Shown piece after piece: positions 1-10,663 of a stretch of DNA of 64,000 nucleotides. Source of the stretch: Naegleria gruberi (lineage: Eukaryota). The position numbers and the translations under genes were made by a program. The notes under the pieces were generated by a model that did not search any database, was not told the origin of the DNA, and saw only the letters and a program-made list of their open reading frames with translations. Position 1 is the stretch's first letter. Each line of letters starts with the position of its first letter. The stretch is taken from assembly GCA_000004985.1 (NCBI GenBank), contig GG738847.1; one strand, given 5' to 3'.

Positions 1-206
1 TTGTTGCTCAACCAGTTGCTGCTACTGTTGGAGGAAATGGTTTCTATGAACCAACTGGAAATGAACCAGTCAGTCAACCAGGTGTTAGTACTTTGCCATA
101 TCCACCAACTAATGATTTCAATCCTTATCAACCATTCAATCCTAATGCTAATTACAATCCAAATGCAGACAATAATCAATATATTTCTTATGGACCTACT
201 AATTAA
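1..206 (+). CDS. 3' end of a gene that starts upstream of the window; N/P/Q-rich C-terminal tail (...NPYQPFNPNANYNPNADNNQYISYGPTN*)
   Basis: Frame 3 (codons from nt 3) is open to the left edge and ends at TAA 204-206. It uses yeast-preferred codons (GTT GCT CAA CCA ACT GGT). The frame-1 ORF 1..270 in the track translates to low-complexity junk. No family identified. Confidence 0.4.
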   Translation, partial: VAQPVAATVGGNGFYEPTGNEPVSQPGVSTLPYPPTNDFNPYQPFNPNANYNPNADNNQYISYGPTN

Positions 207-493
207 CAAGTTATCAAATAGGAATTTATACAACTCAACTTTAGAAACTAGGTTTTTATCTATTGGTTAAACGGCCAATTGAATATCATCAAATTACAAT
301 ATTACTGGTAATTAAAAATAAATTAAATCTCTCAAATTATCTAAATATCATCTGATTCATACTAAAATCAAGAGATTTCTAAAATAGTCGTTTGTTCAAG
401 TCAACTTTTACATTGGGTGTACTGATGAACTTGCAACTTTAGTTGTACGAATTATCAAAAAGTATAATATTAAAGTTCACAAATCAAAAAAAA

Positions 494-1666
494 ATGTCAC
501 CTCCTATAGTCGTGATTGACTGTGGATCAACAATGTGCAAGGCAGGTTTTGCCGGAGAAGAAGCACCTATATCAACATTCCCTTCCGTTGTTGAATATCG
601 AAAGACGAAATCAATCATGCTCAACCAAAGGGAGAGAGTTGGGGATAGAGTATTCTCCCAGATTGGTGTAACTTGGGCCAAGCTTCCCATCGAACGTGGC
701 ACAATTGTGGATTGGGATGGCATGGAGAAGGTGTGGTATTACACATTTCATGATGAATTGAGAGTTGATCCTGAGAGCAATGGTGTGCTATTGACAGAGA
801 GTGTGTTGAATGACGATACAGCTCGTGAAAAGACAACACAGATCATGTTTGAAAAGTTTAATGTGCCCTCGTTGAATCTTGAAAATCAGGCAGTCTTGTC
901 ATTGGTTGCTTGTGATTGCCAAACTGGTGTTGTGTTGGAGAGTGGAGGTGGAATTACACAATCTGTTCCAATTTATGAAGGACGTGCCATTAAAGATGCA
1001 GTTTCTAGATTGGAATTGGGTGGAGAGGATTTGTCTGATTTGTTACATCAGATTCTAAACGAAAAGGGTAAAGTGACAAGGTATTTTGAAGAGATGTACT
1101 ATGGGGCAGAAACTAGAAGTGGACGTTGTATTTTGGAGAGTAATGGTAAGAAGGTAAATACGAATGAGAGACAGATGTCTGCAGAAATTAAGAAAAGTTG
1201 TTACGTTGCTTTGGATTTTGAAGAGGAGCTTAAACAATTCGATTCGAAAGATTATGAATTACCAGATGGAAACATGATCACGATTGAAAGTGAAAGATTC
1301 AGATGTCCAGAAGTATTGTTTCATCCAGAATCAATAGGAATGGATGTTGGTGGAATTCATGAAATGATATTCAACTCAATTGGAATGTGTAACCTTGAAT
1401 TAAGACCAGATCTTTTCAACAATGTTGTGCTTAGTGGTGGAAATACCATGTTTGAAGGTATTGGAAAAAGATTGCAAAAGGAATTATGTAGTTTAGCCCC
1501 TGTTTCCATGAATATCAAGGTTACTGCCCCACCAGAAAGACATTGCCTCAGTTGGATTGGTGGTTCAATAATGATGGCATCTTCTGCAAGCCAACAGCAG
1601 AATTTTATTTCAAAGCAAGAGTATGACGATATTGGTGCATCAATTGTTCACAGAAATTATTGTTGA
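494..1666 (+). CDS. ARP1: actin-related protein, Arp1/centractin-like
   Basis: The 390-aa product aligns along its full length with actin/centractin: VVIDCGS...KAGFAGEEAP, DWDGMEKVWYYTF, TQIMFEKFNVP, SGGGITQSVPIYEG, LSWIGGSIMMAS..QQ..ISKQEYDD..SIVHR. ATG at 494 (MSPPIVVID) is the likely start; the track ORF begins at a TTG at 443. Confidence 0.75.
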   Translation: MSPPIVVIDCGSTMCKAGFAGEEAPISTFPSVVEYRKTKSIMLNQRERVGDRVFSQIGVTWAKLPIERGTIVDWDGMEKVWYYTFHDELRVDPESNGVLLTESVLNDDTAREKTTQIMFEKFNVPSLNLENQAVLSLVACDCQTGVVLESGGGITQSVPIYEGRAIKDAVSRLELGGEDLSDLLHQILNEKGKVTRYFEEMYYGAETRSGRCILESNGKKVNTNERQMSAEIKKSCYVALDFEEELKQFDSKDYELPDGNMITIESERFRCPEVLFHPESIGMDVGGIHEMIFNSIGMCNLELRPDLFNNVVLSGGNTMFEGIGKRLQKELCSLAPVSMNIKVTAPPERHCLSWIGGSIMMASSASQQQNFISKQEYDDIGASIVHRNYC

Positions 1667-1838
1667 ACCAAATGAAAAAGAATACATGTAATACATTCAT
1701 TGCCACAATTTGTGATATTTTCATTAGCCGATTTACTATTCAATATATTAATCAATCAAAATGTAATTAAGGATTTTTTATATTAAGCACTCAATAACCC
1801 GAGATTTAAAAAGGCAGCATCTTGGAACTCTATTAAAA

Positions 1839-2396
1839 TTGTCGGTTGGAATTGAACGCAAGTTCCTTAACAAAAACAAAATGCCAACACATTCAACAAG
1901 CAATCAACACAATAACGCTCAAAAAAGCAATCAGTATCTTCATTCTCATCACGAATTAACCAAAGCCGACTCTAAAAGTTCAGATCTATCCAATGTCACT
2001 GTAGAAGTTATTGGTACGCATAAGGATATTCAATTGGATGATGATTCATTGGAGATTAAGGGAAATTTAAAGATTAAGAGAATTACACAGTCGATTGTCG
2101 AGTGGGATATTCCAATCTATGATGATATTATTATTGAGAGAATATACGGAGAGGGGAAATTGTATTATCATGATGATTATCAGACTAGTCATCATCATCA
2201 ACACGTACAAAATCCTCAACTCTTGAAACATCAACAATTAATTTATGATAGTCGTTCCTCTGATAGAATTCTATGCTCCAATACAAAATATATTCGCTTA
2301 CATAGTGGTCATGCCTATCTGTTCAAACTTGCAAAATATGAAGACTCGGATGAAATTGTGGTGCATTATAGAAATAAGTACTCTTTGGATCTGTAG
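1839..2396 (+). CDS. hypothetical protein (185 aa; alternative start at MPTHST, nt 1881)
   Basis: Intact ORF with yeast-like codon usage, His/Gln-rich. No family recognised. Confidence 0.4.
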   Translation: MSVGIERKFLNKNKMPTHSTSNQHNNAQKSNQYLHSHHELTKADSKSSDLSNVTVEVIGTHKDIQLDDDSLEIKGNLKIKRITQSIVEWDIPIYDDIIIERIYGEGKLYYHDDYQTSHHHQHVQNPQLLKHQQLIYDSRSSDRILCSNTKYIRLHSGHAYLFKLAKYEDSDEIVVHYRNKYSLDL

Positions 2397-2559
2397 CTTA
2401 ATTCTTTTTAACAAACAGCTATACTTCTTTAACATCAATATATTAGCTTAATCATTACCATCACCACTCTCCAACAACAATTCTCCACCAAATAAAAATT
2501 AAAGCCCAAATGAAATTATTCCGGTAATGATTGGCCTTTTTCGAGAATGAATATTCGCG

Positions 2560-4260
2560 ATGAATCTCCAATACAAAAAAAATATCTGTTATCCTCACAG
2601 CACAGGAGAGATGGTCAATGAAAAACAAACGGATAATCATCACGATTCCGAAAAAGATCACAAGCTTATTTATCAGCACCATCATCACGTAGCATTTAAT
2701 ATTAATCCTCCTACTGAAGATGAGAAGAATAATCAAGCCAATTCCACTACAATAGATGATCATTCATCAGAGAATAATTTATTACCCAAGATGTTATTAT
2801 TGCAACACAATCATCATCATCTTCACCATCACTTGGAAGAACACATGAGCACTGATGCTACTGATGTTACCTCTACTGATGATTTCACAGAGAGTACTGT
2901 CAATGGACATTCTCATGATGAGAGTGCTCAAGATGTTGCCATGCACAGGATTGAACAAGTTGCTGAACGTTTTGCAAATGTCACAAAAAAGAAGAGTAAG
3001 AAGGCTCTTAAATTACTGACAGAGAGTCCTTTCAATATTTTCAAAGAGATTATGGATGAAGAGGAGGAACAATCCTCTGGTGAGGAAGATTTGGAAAATA
3101 ACATACCAAAAACTGTTTCTCACTCGAGAACACAATCCATAGAATCACTTCCAAAAGAAGAAATAATTGAGGAAAATGGTGTAACAATTAATCAAACTAT
3201 TCCGAATGCTGTTGGTGACAGCAAGGAACAAAACCCTGAATCGAAGGCATTGGATGAATCCACTCACTTGGTTCAAGACACTGAATTCACTCCAAAGAAT
3301 ATTTATAATCAAGAAGATACAGGAAAGCCAATCAAATTCCACACCCACTTTTGTCTGTGCTCTTTTGATGAGACTCCTGATTTTTTGAGAAACAATCCAT
3401 TCATTAGAAATCACTATAGAAAATACTTTTCTTTCAAATTATGTCTCCAAAGTATCTTTAGATTACACAATGAAACTGTCAATATCTGGACACACATGCT
3501 TCCAATATTTGGATACGTTGCTCTCATATTCTATACCATTTACTTTATGGTTGCAGAGCATAATACTGGCTCATTCAGTGCACAAAACGTTTTGGACATG
3601 ATCATTGTTATCATTTATCTTGGATTTGCAATTAATTGCTTTTTCTGTTCATCAATGTATCACACCCTTAACTGTCACTCAAAGAAAATTTGGGGTATTT
3701 CGTACAGATGTGATGTGAGTGCCATTTCTGGACTTATTGGAAGTAGCATCATTCCAGCTCTGTACTTTAACTTGTATTGTTATGTTGGTTGGCAAATAGT
3801 TTACATTTCATCAATTGGTTTGTTTGCAGTTGTTGGAATGATTTTCCCATGCCTGCCATTCAAGAGTCCGCGTGCTCTCAAAATTTTTGGTATTGTGAGA
3901 ACTGTTTTATTCATTTCTATGGTTTTGAGTGCTATTATTCCAATTTCACACTTTTTACTTTTCATTCTTCCATTGAAACAAGAGTATACAGGTAGTTTCT
4001 ATTCGGATTACAATCAAGATTTCATGATTGGAATTATCATTGTGGTTTCATTGTATGGTCTTGGATTAGTTTTCTGGCTCACCAAATTCCCTGAAAGAGC
4101 CTTCCCTGGCAAATTTGACTTGTTCTTTTCATCACACAATATTTGGCATGCTTTCATTGTTGCTGCCAGCTCCTTATGGTATTATTATTGTCTGACTCTG
4201 TATGTTGTCAAGGTTGAAAAACTGAAACTTGGCCTCTCTTGTCCAAGTGATGCATTTTAA
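2560..4260 (+). CDS. PAQR/haemolysin-III family 7-TM protein with long His-rich N-terminal extension (Izh3-like)
   Basis: The C-terminal half carries PAQR signature motifs (HNETVNIWTHMLP; SSMYHTLNCHS; SSHNIWHAFIVAAS) and about 7 hydrophobic helices. The roughly 300-aa N-terminal extension with HHHH runs resembles S. cerevisiae Izh3 architecture. Confidence 0.75.
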   Translation: MNLQYKKNICYPHSTGEMVNEKQTDNHHDSEKDHKLIYQHHHHVAFNINPPTEDEKNNQANSTTIDDHSSENNLLPKMLLLQHNHHHLHHHLEEHMSTDATDVTSTDDFTESTVNGHSHDESAQDVAMHRIEQVAERFANVTKKKSKKALKLLTESPFNIFKEIMDEEEEQSSGEEDLENNIPKTVSHSRTQSIESLPKEEIIEENGVTINQTIPNAVGDSKEQNPESKALDESTHLVQDTEFTPKNIYNQEDTGKPIKFHTHFCLCSFDETPDFLRNNPFIRNHYRKYFSFKLCLQSIFRLHNETVNIWTHMLPIFGYVALIFYTIYFMVAEHNTGSFSAQNVLDMIIVIIYLGFAINCFFCSSMYHTLNCHSKKIWGISYRCDVSAISGLIGSSIIPALYFNLYCYVGWQIVYISSIGLFAVVGMIFPCLPFKSPRALKIFGIVRTVLFISMVLSAIIPISHFLLFILPLKQEYTGSFYSDYNQDFMIGIIIVVSLYGLGLVFWLTKFPERAFPGKFDLFFSSHNIWHAFIVAASSLWYYYCLTLYVVKVEKLKLGLSCPSDAF

Positions 4261-4308
4261 TAAGGCAAAAAGAAATACTAACGAACTAATGTAAATAGTT
4301 AAAATAAT

Positions 4309-7300
4309 TTATTGTGAATATTTTTCAATAGCCAAATTTTGTACAAGTGAACCAAGTTCAAAGACTGATTTGATTGCTATCAGTTCATCCTTTGGTTGAA
4401 CAAAAAGAGTATTAGCATCTCTTCCATTCTTTGAAAATGCTTCATCCAGTGAGTGATTCACAAATGGTGTGCATTTAGAAGTGAGAAGAGAATGTCTGCA
4501 TAAAACAAAGAGAGCTTTTCTAGCTGCAGACAAGGCAACAGATAATCTGTGAGGATCATTCAAGTGACCAGGATGGGTAGTTCTAACAGTTGAAAGAATG
4601 ACAATGTCATTAACTTGACCTTGATATCTATCAATGGTTGTTACCACTGGATAACCCAAAGATTCACATCTTTGTTTGAGAATATCCCTAATGAGAGTCT
4701 TCTGACCTTGGTATGAAGCAAGAATGGTAATAGAGTCAGAGGAGTGACCAATTAGACGCAAATACATGTACAGTGCTACAGCATATTCAGCCTCTCCTTG
4801 ATTTTGGTACATGTGAGAGGAGAGCAATGTTTCACCTCTTCCATTCAAATCTTCCACATTTACAAGTTGATAATTAAATTTGAATCCTTTCAATTTCTCT
4901 TCAGAATATGTTACATGATCATAAGTGTTTGGATAATTCCATTTGAATAGAGGTAGTAAGGATGAAGAAATTTGAGTTGAATCGAAAGGAAGTTTGATAA
5001 TATTCTCCTCATCAATGAATCTTCCAAAACGAGCAAATAAAGATTGACTCAAGTTGGAGAATGGCTCTATTTGTTTGTTATATACCACAGGTTTCATTTG
5101 ATTTAAATCTCCAATCAAGATTATTTTCTTAATTCTCTTAGATACTGTCATTGGGATGAAAGATTCAATTTCTGAAATTCTGCCAGCATCTTCAATGATT
5201 AATGTGTCAAAATTAAAATTGAGTTCTTGGAATTCCTTTCTCTTTACAGCCGCATGAGTGGAAGTCATGGCAACTACTCTTGATTGTTGAGTAAGAACGT
5301 GGTTACATCTCGATTGGTAGGCTCTGATATTCTCCAATACCTTACATTCGTTGATGAGTTCGAATAATAATTTCAATTCGGAATATAATTCGTGAGCCAT
5401 GTCTAAATTTTCATTAAATGACTCAGACGAGAACAAATGCTCTTCATTCATAACTTCTCTAAAGTAATTTTGGAATGGGAAGTTGGTCTCAAAGAATGAA
5501 AGACTTTCATTTTCCAATTCCTTATCCTTTGAACCACACAACTCCAGGAATGACTTCCAAAGAGAGTGAATATTACCAATAAAGAAATGAGAAGCTGTTT
5601 CACATGAAATATTAGTGAATTGAGGATAGCCAAGAGAAGTAGCCAACTGTTCTAGAGTTTTCAAAACTTCAATTCTTTTTTGAATGAGGTAATTGACTCT
5701 ACCGAATTTGCTATACTCATTCTTTTCACCGCCTAGTCTAAGTAAATGTCTTTCGTGTACTTTAGAATTCTCTAATTGTTCAAATACGCTATTCAAAGCT
5801 AAATTTGACCTAGCAATAATCACTGTTCTTTGATTTGGATTTGTAACATAAATATTCTCAATAATCTTTGTTAAAACGTTATGCTTTCCGCACCCTGGAG
5901 GAGCTTGAATATAGGTGAGTCCCTTTTCTGGGCTGGTTGCTGATCGAATGGCTCTTATTTGCTCCTTACTGAATCTATAACCAGTATCGGTTGCATTAGG
6001 TGATTTCAACTCTCTAGGAATGTATGATGAGTAGGCTGTAACATTCTTCTCCAAACCAAAGGTAACAGTGAAGTAATTAGAATTGGTTGGACTAGAAGCT
6101 TTCAAATTGCTTGGAACATCTAGAGATTCCCTAATATGGTCTTCATCTTGGAAAGAATTTCTAAAATCAACTGTACTCTCAGAAGAATCGAAAGAAGGTT
6201 CATAACCAAGAATATAATCTGATAACCAACTAACAAGGTTGTTTGTTCCATTATTCATTAAATTTCTCATGCTTTCGAGAACAGCTTTGAAATTATTATC
6301 TTTTGGTTTCTGTCTTACTACCAAGTTAAAGTGAGAATAAATGTCTACTCGTGACTTTTCTTGTTCCTTTCTATCAGCAAGATATTGAATCGGATCCAAT
6401 AAGACAACCAATCTACGTTCTGGTGTTGAAAGCTCAAATTCAAGGGTTTCGTCTTGCTCGGCAACCTTTGTTTGGTTGTTAATGACATTTCCATCCGCAT
6501 CCTCTTGCCTCAACAACTCACATCCTCTAATAGAGACAATGCCAAACTTTTCATCGAATTTGGCATTTTCATTGCTGTGCATTTTGGCCTTAATTTGAAC
6601 TAGGAAAAGAATATCATTCTTTCTAATATTTTCCCATTCCTCACGAATACTTTGTGATTCAATAGAGGAAAGATTAATCGTAATGGCTCCTTCAACCTTG
6701 GATGGTGAGGTTTCTCCGATACTTGGGGGAGCAACCTCAACAAGTTCAAAAGGAGAAGTCATCGGAAGGGCCATTCTAAATCCAGAATGAAATTGTGTCT
6801 TGCCAGTTGCAGGATTCTTAGAGTATTCCAAATTAGAAATAGTATTTTCAAGAGATTGTCTCAAGCTGTATGTCTTTTCAAGTTTGAAAAGCTCATAATT
6901 TCTGAGCAAATAGTCAAACAAGGAGAGATATTGAATTCCAAGTTTTGGAATAATATTTGGTAATCCTTTGTAAGCTAAATTGGTTTGAATAGATTCATCG
7001 GTAAGACCTTCAGCCCAAATGGTCTTTTCTGTTGGATAAAGAGAAGTGGTATTGATCTTTTCTATTGGGGATGGTTTTCTTTCGTGATTGGATACTATTA
7101 ATTCAATGAGAAGCTCCTCAGAAAAATCCTCTCCAGTTTCATACTTTCCCACTAAATCTAAATGTCTACACAAATCTACTAGCTCTTCCTTTTTAATTGA
7201 AGCGAGGATCTTTTCGAGGTAATCCCTAGATTGAACTGTAGCAACTGTCTGGACGGAAAGATCCTTTAAACTTTCAGTAAAATGTTGGAATGATATTAAT

Positions 7301-8417
7301 TGCAAATTTGCAACCTTTTCAGCATAAATACCTGCATATTCTGTTGCTGACAAGACTTCTCCTGTATCGTCATTAATATCGAAATGTAAATAGAACTCGT
7401 ATTTCTCTACCAAATCAAAAAACTTTGAAGACTGTGCGCCTGTTCTTAAAAACAATCTACAATGCTCCAAAACATGAGCATCTAACAAGTATAGACGTGA
7501 AAATTTTCTTGTTGGTATTTGAGAAAGTAAATCTATTAAAAATTCTAAAAATCTTTCACAGTATGTCATTAATTCATTATTATCACCTTCTACCAAACTC
7601 TTGAGAGATTCTAAAAAGTGAGTGACAAGAGATGGAACAAAGTTTGACTTGGAATCAGAATTGTTTTTCTTTGCAGAAAATTTTTTCCAATATTTTGTTA
7701 ATCCTCTCTTTGCTATTTCATTGTTTCTTCTAGAAGGATTAACATGAGTCCACAAAGGTAGTGACACATAATCCAAACACAATCTATTTATCAAATCAAT
7801 ATGAGAGAAACAATTAATCAGAAATACGATTAATATCAGTCTTTCCTTTGTATTCCTATATTCCAAATTAATTGCCAAATTATGTAATTGTTCGAATTTA
7901 CTATCAGTAGCAATATCCTTGAAATTAGTTTGATGACATTTTTCATTAATCATTACTATTAAAGATAATATAAATTCTCTAGAGTTTTTTCCATTATCAA
8001 AATTATTCCACAATACACTATTCATGTGTTAATCAATTCATTTCCTAAGAAAACTTACTGTTCAAAATAATTCGATGAAAATAATTGTGCAAATACTCCG
8101 CTAGATTCATTCAACAAATCCATACAAATAACATCAAATACTTGATTAATTAATTGTTCATCAAGAGCAATACACTTTTCCCATCGGGTTGATAAAACTC
8201 TAATTTGTTCATCATTGGCTTGATCCACCTTCATTTTCTTACTAGAGGCCTCTGAAGATCCTTCTTCCACAGTTGTTTGTTGATGATCATCACCATTCAT
8301 ACCATCACCATTATCAGGTAACACATTTTCCTCTGGATTTTTTCTCTTCATTTTTTTAATGCTGGAAAACAAGGTAAGAATAATGTGCTTGCTTGAAGGT
8401 GAATTGTTTTTCTTCAT
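4309..8417 (-). CDS. AQR: intron-binding protein Aquarius / Cwf11-family SF1-helicase-like spliceosomal protein; two exons (8417..8059 and 8017..4309), about 1355 aa
   Basis: The 1238-aa ORF aligns with human AQR (YCERFLEFLIDLL..PTRKF; LGIQYLSLFDYLLRNYELFKLEKTYSLRQSLEN vs [33 protein letters not shown]; Walker A region APPGCGKHNVLTKIIENIY vs GPPGTGKTDVAVQIISNIY). The upstream 120-aa ORF (8055..8417) supplies the conserved N-terminus (QLFSSNYFE / HVLWNNF vs human LEFSQYLENYLWMNY) once a 41-nt GTAAGT...AG intron is removed in frame. Confidence 0.8.
8018..8058 (-). other. spliceosomal intron (41 nt) of the Aquarius-like gene
   Basis: Minus-sense GTAAGTTTTCTTAGGAAATGAATTGATTAACACATGAATAG. The 5' site is GTAAGT, GATTAAC is the branch-like element, and the 3' site is AG. 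The splice joins CA|T into a His codon, restoring one frame and a conserved alignment. Confidence 0.65.
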
Positions 8418-8552
8418 GTATTATCATCATTAGTGTTTATTATTATTTACAATTTTAATTATTATTATTATTCTAATAGGTTGAGAGGAAGTAAAACCAC
8501 ACGTTTTTCTTCTTCATAATAAATTATATAATGGCCATCATCCTGGTGTGAA

Positions 8553-9371
8553 TTAATCATCTAATCCCATCTTATCCAGCAAGGCATCCAAGTCTGGTGT
8601 TGGGGAGAGTAGGCAATTGTCAGCATTTCCATTGTTGTTATTACGTTTCAATGGTGAAGTAAAACATGAGAAATCATCTTCATCAGAGGAATTTGTTGTT
8701 CTCTTCTCAACAACCTTTTCAGCATCCAATTTAACAGATAAACTATTGTTGGAGGCTCCTAGTACGGTGGATGCTACTGAATTCCACATGACATTATCAG
8801 AGGAGGTCCTTTCTGCCAATTCATCATACTGGTGCTTGAGTTTGTTGTATCTTTCCTTGGCAAACATCTTTTGTTCATGCATTTCTCTCACCTTCTCTTC
8901 TAATTGTTTAATGTATTCATCTTTGAGGTCATTGTCTCTTTGCAAGTCTTTAATTCTTTCCTTTTGTTGAAAGAGGAGGAGGGAAATGTCCTTGACAGCG
9001 TTGGCAGAGGTGTTTGAAGATGATTCTGGTGACAAATCTTGCAAATGCATGGTATGCTCAACTTGGTATGGAGAGGAAATTTCATGTTGTTTTGGTGTGG
9101 TTGTTTCAGGTGTTGGAGGTGAGTCTGGAATGTGAGGTTTAGTAGTGATAGAATACCATGAAAACCAGTTCAACCACGAATTGGATCTATTGTGTCTAGT
9201 TGGTGTTTCCTTCTTTGGAGTTACTTGTTCTTCAGATTCTGTTTCACTATCTGAATCATCGGAAGGAGCCAATAATTGAAGACGTTTCTGAAGGAGAGTA
9301 GAGTTTGAAACAACGTTATTCTTGTTGGATTCCTCTTCGGCAAGAGTTTTAACTGATTGGACAAGTGACAT
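8553..9371 (-). CDS. hypothetical Ser/Thr/Pro-rich protein with central coiled-coil segment
   Basis: 272-aa ORF with a heptad-like KDLQRDNDLKDEYIKQLEEKVREMHEQKMFAKERYNKLKHQYDELAER region. No family recognised. Confidence 0.45.
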   Translation of the reverse strand: MSLVQSVKTLAEEESNKNNVVSNSTLLQKRLQLLAPSDDSDSETESEEQVTPKKETPTRHNRSNSWLNWFSWYSITTKPHIPDSPPTPETTTPKQHEISSPYQVEHTMHLQDLSPESSSNTSANAVKDISLLLFQQKERIKDLQRDNDLKDEYIKQLEEKVREMHEQKMFAKERYNKLKHQYDELAERTSSDNVMWNSVASTVLGASNNSLSVKLDAEKVVEKRTTNSSDEDDFSCFTSPLKRNNNNGNADNCLLSPTPDLDALLDKMGLDD

Positions 9372-9437
9372 TTTTTTTAAATTTTAAATGTAACGGTAAG
9401 TTTATCAACTTTTGGTGGTTAAATTGCATTCCATGAA

Positions 9438-10367
9438 TTACTCCACAGATACATCAGAAAATACTGGTCCATCTGAATCATCGTCTCCACTGTAGTAATC
9501 GGAATTTCTTCTCATTATCTCAGCAAAATCTTGTAATCCCATTCTTCCTCCAGCAGATGCGTTCATTCTACCCAAATTCATGAATGGATTATTTGCAGCG
9601 TTTCCTCCCATAAAACTATTCATGAAAATGCTTGGGTCAATATTTGGTTGAGCTCCATTTGAGCCAGGCGTTCCAGAAGCTTGATTGAACATTGAATCAA
9701 ATGAAAAGAATGAAGAGAAATAACCAGACAATCCTAAATTCCAAGAACGGTCAATAGCAGTAAAAACTCCTTTCACAATTGTCCAATAGTCTTGAATTGA
9801 GGAGAATGGACCTCCAGGATTACTCGATTCCACATCAGATAATCCATGTTTACAATCTCTAAATACACGAATAATAATGAGTGTCACCAATAAATAATAA
9901 AACAAATTTTCAAAAAGAGTAGTCAATCCCAAATGCTTTCCTGTTGAAATAAAGTCATAAATGAAAAAGTATTCAAAAGGAACAATACTCAAAAGGAATG
10001 GGAATGAAAAGGATGTTGTGAAATAATTCTTCATCCACAATGCGAAATATCCCAAAGTAAAAACATTAAACCAATCCAACATTGAGTAGGGTTTTGCGTA
10101 ATCCTCCATTGTTAGCTGCAAACTATGTTCTGGCATTCTAACTAAATTATCAAAAAAGGGTTTGTGCACAAGATGAATTCTTCGGAACAGAGTTGTATCA
10201 TCACCGAATTCTTCTCCCAAGTAATCATGATTTTTAAACCATCCCAAGTAGATACTCGATATTAACAAGGCTGCACACACTCGAATTATACTACTCTTTC
10301 TAGATAACATTGAATTTACATTATTCACAGCAGAGAGTACTGAAAATACTCGATTGATTGTTGCCAT
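9438..10367 (-). CDS. hypothetical multi-pass membrane protein with Gly/Asn/Met-rich acidic C-terminal tail
   Basis: 309-aa ORF with several hydrophobic helices (LLISSIYLGWF; FTLGYFALWM; FPFLLSIVPFEYFFIYDFI; LFYYLLVTLIIIRVF). Family not recognised. Confidence 0.5.
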   Translation of the reverse strand: MATINRVFSVLSAVNNVNSMLSRKSSIIRVCAALLISSIYLGWFKNHDYLGEEFGDDTTLFRRIHLVHKPFFDNLVRMPEHSLQLTMEDYAKPYSMLDWFNVFTLGYFALWMKNYFTTSFSFPFLLSIVPFEYFFIYDFISTGKHLGLTTLFENLFYYLLVTLIIIRVFRDCKHGLSDVESSNPGGPFSSIQDYWTIVKGVFTAIDRSWNLGLSGYFSSFFSFDSMFNQASGTPGSNGAQPNIDPSIFMNSFMGGNAANNPFMNLGRMNASAGGRMGLQDFAEIMRRNSDYYSGDDDSDGPVFSDVSVE

Positions 10368-10663
10368 TAATTTTGATGAGAATTATTCCAAAATTATTGA
10401 TGAATAGAGAGTGGATGACGATATTTTTTATGAGAGTTCTTTTGTATGGAAAGAATCTTTCCTTTACAATTATTTTGCAACAATGATATCTTACTACACA
10501 AAGAATAATGAAATTTCACAATAATGATCTAATTGTCATTGTTGTTTTTGAAAATGTTTAAAATATCACCTTCACAGTTGAAGTACTCAACTTGAAATTG
10601 GCGCAAAGATTACTGTAAAAAACTAGCGGTTTCTCATTTTACATTAATAAAAAACTGAAAAAA

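Noticed and set aside
1-270. Frame-1 ORF MLLNQLLLLLEEM... starting at TTG
   Set aside because: Low-complexity junk translation. The overlapping frame 3 has coherent codon usage and a plausible protein tail, so frame 3 was preferred.
484-839. Two antisense small ORFs inside the Arp1-like gene; similar antisense or overlapping small ORFs at 1055..1237, 2245..2451, 2461..2763, 3145..3414, 3206..3388, 3777..3995, 5448..5633, 8617..8970, 8900..9085, 10639..10848, 10867..11094, 11203..11610, 11663..12010, 12159..12470, 13018..13311, 13301..13513, 15775..16020, 17076..17294, 17657..17926, 18363..18635, 18803..19021, 19983..20171, 63135..63320, 63729..63974
   Set aside because: All lie within or antisense to much longer ORFs that have clear homology or coherent structure. 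They are short and show no features of their own.
9393-9399. GGTAAGT on the plus strand between two minus-strand genes
   Set aside because: It would only matter as a splice donor for a plus-strand transcript, and there is no plus-strand coding context there.
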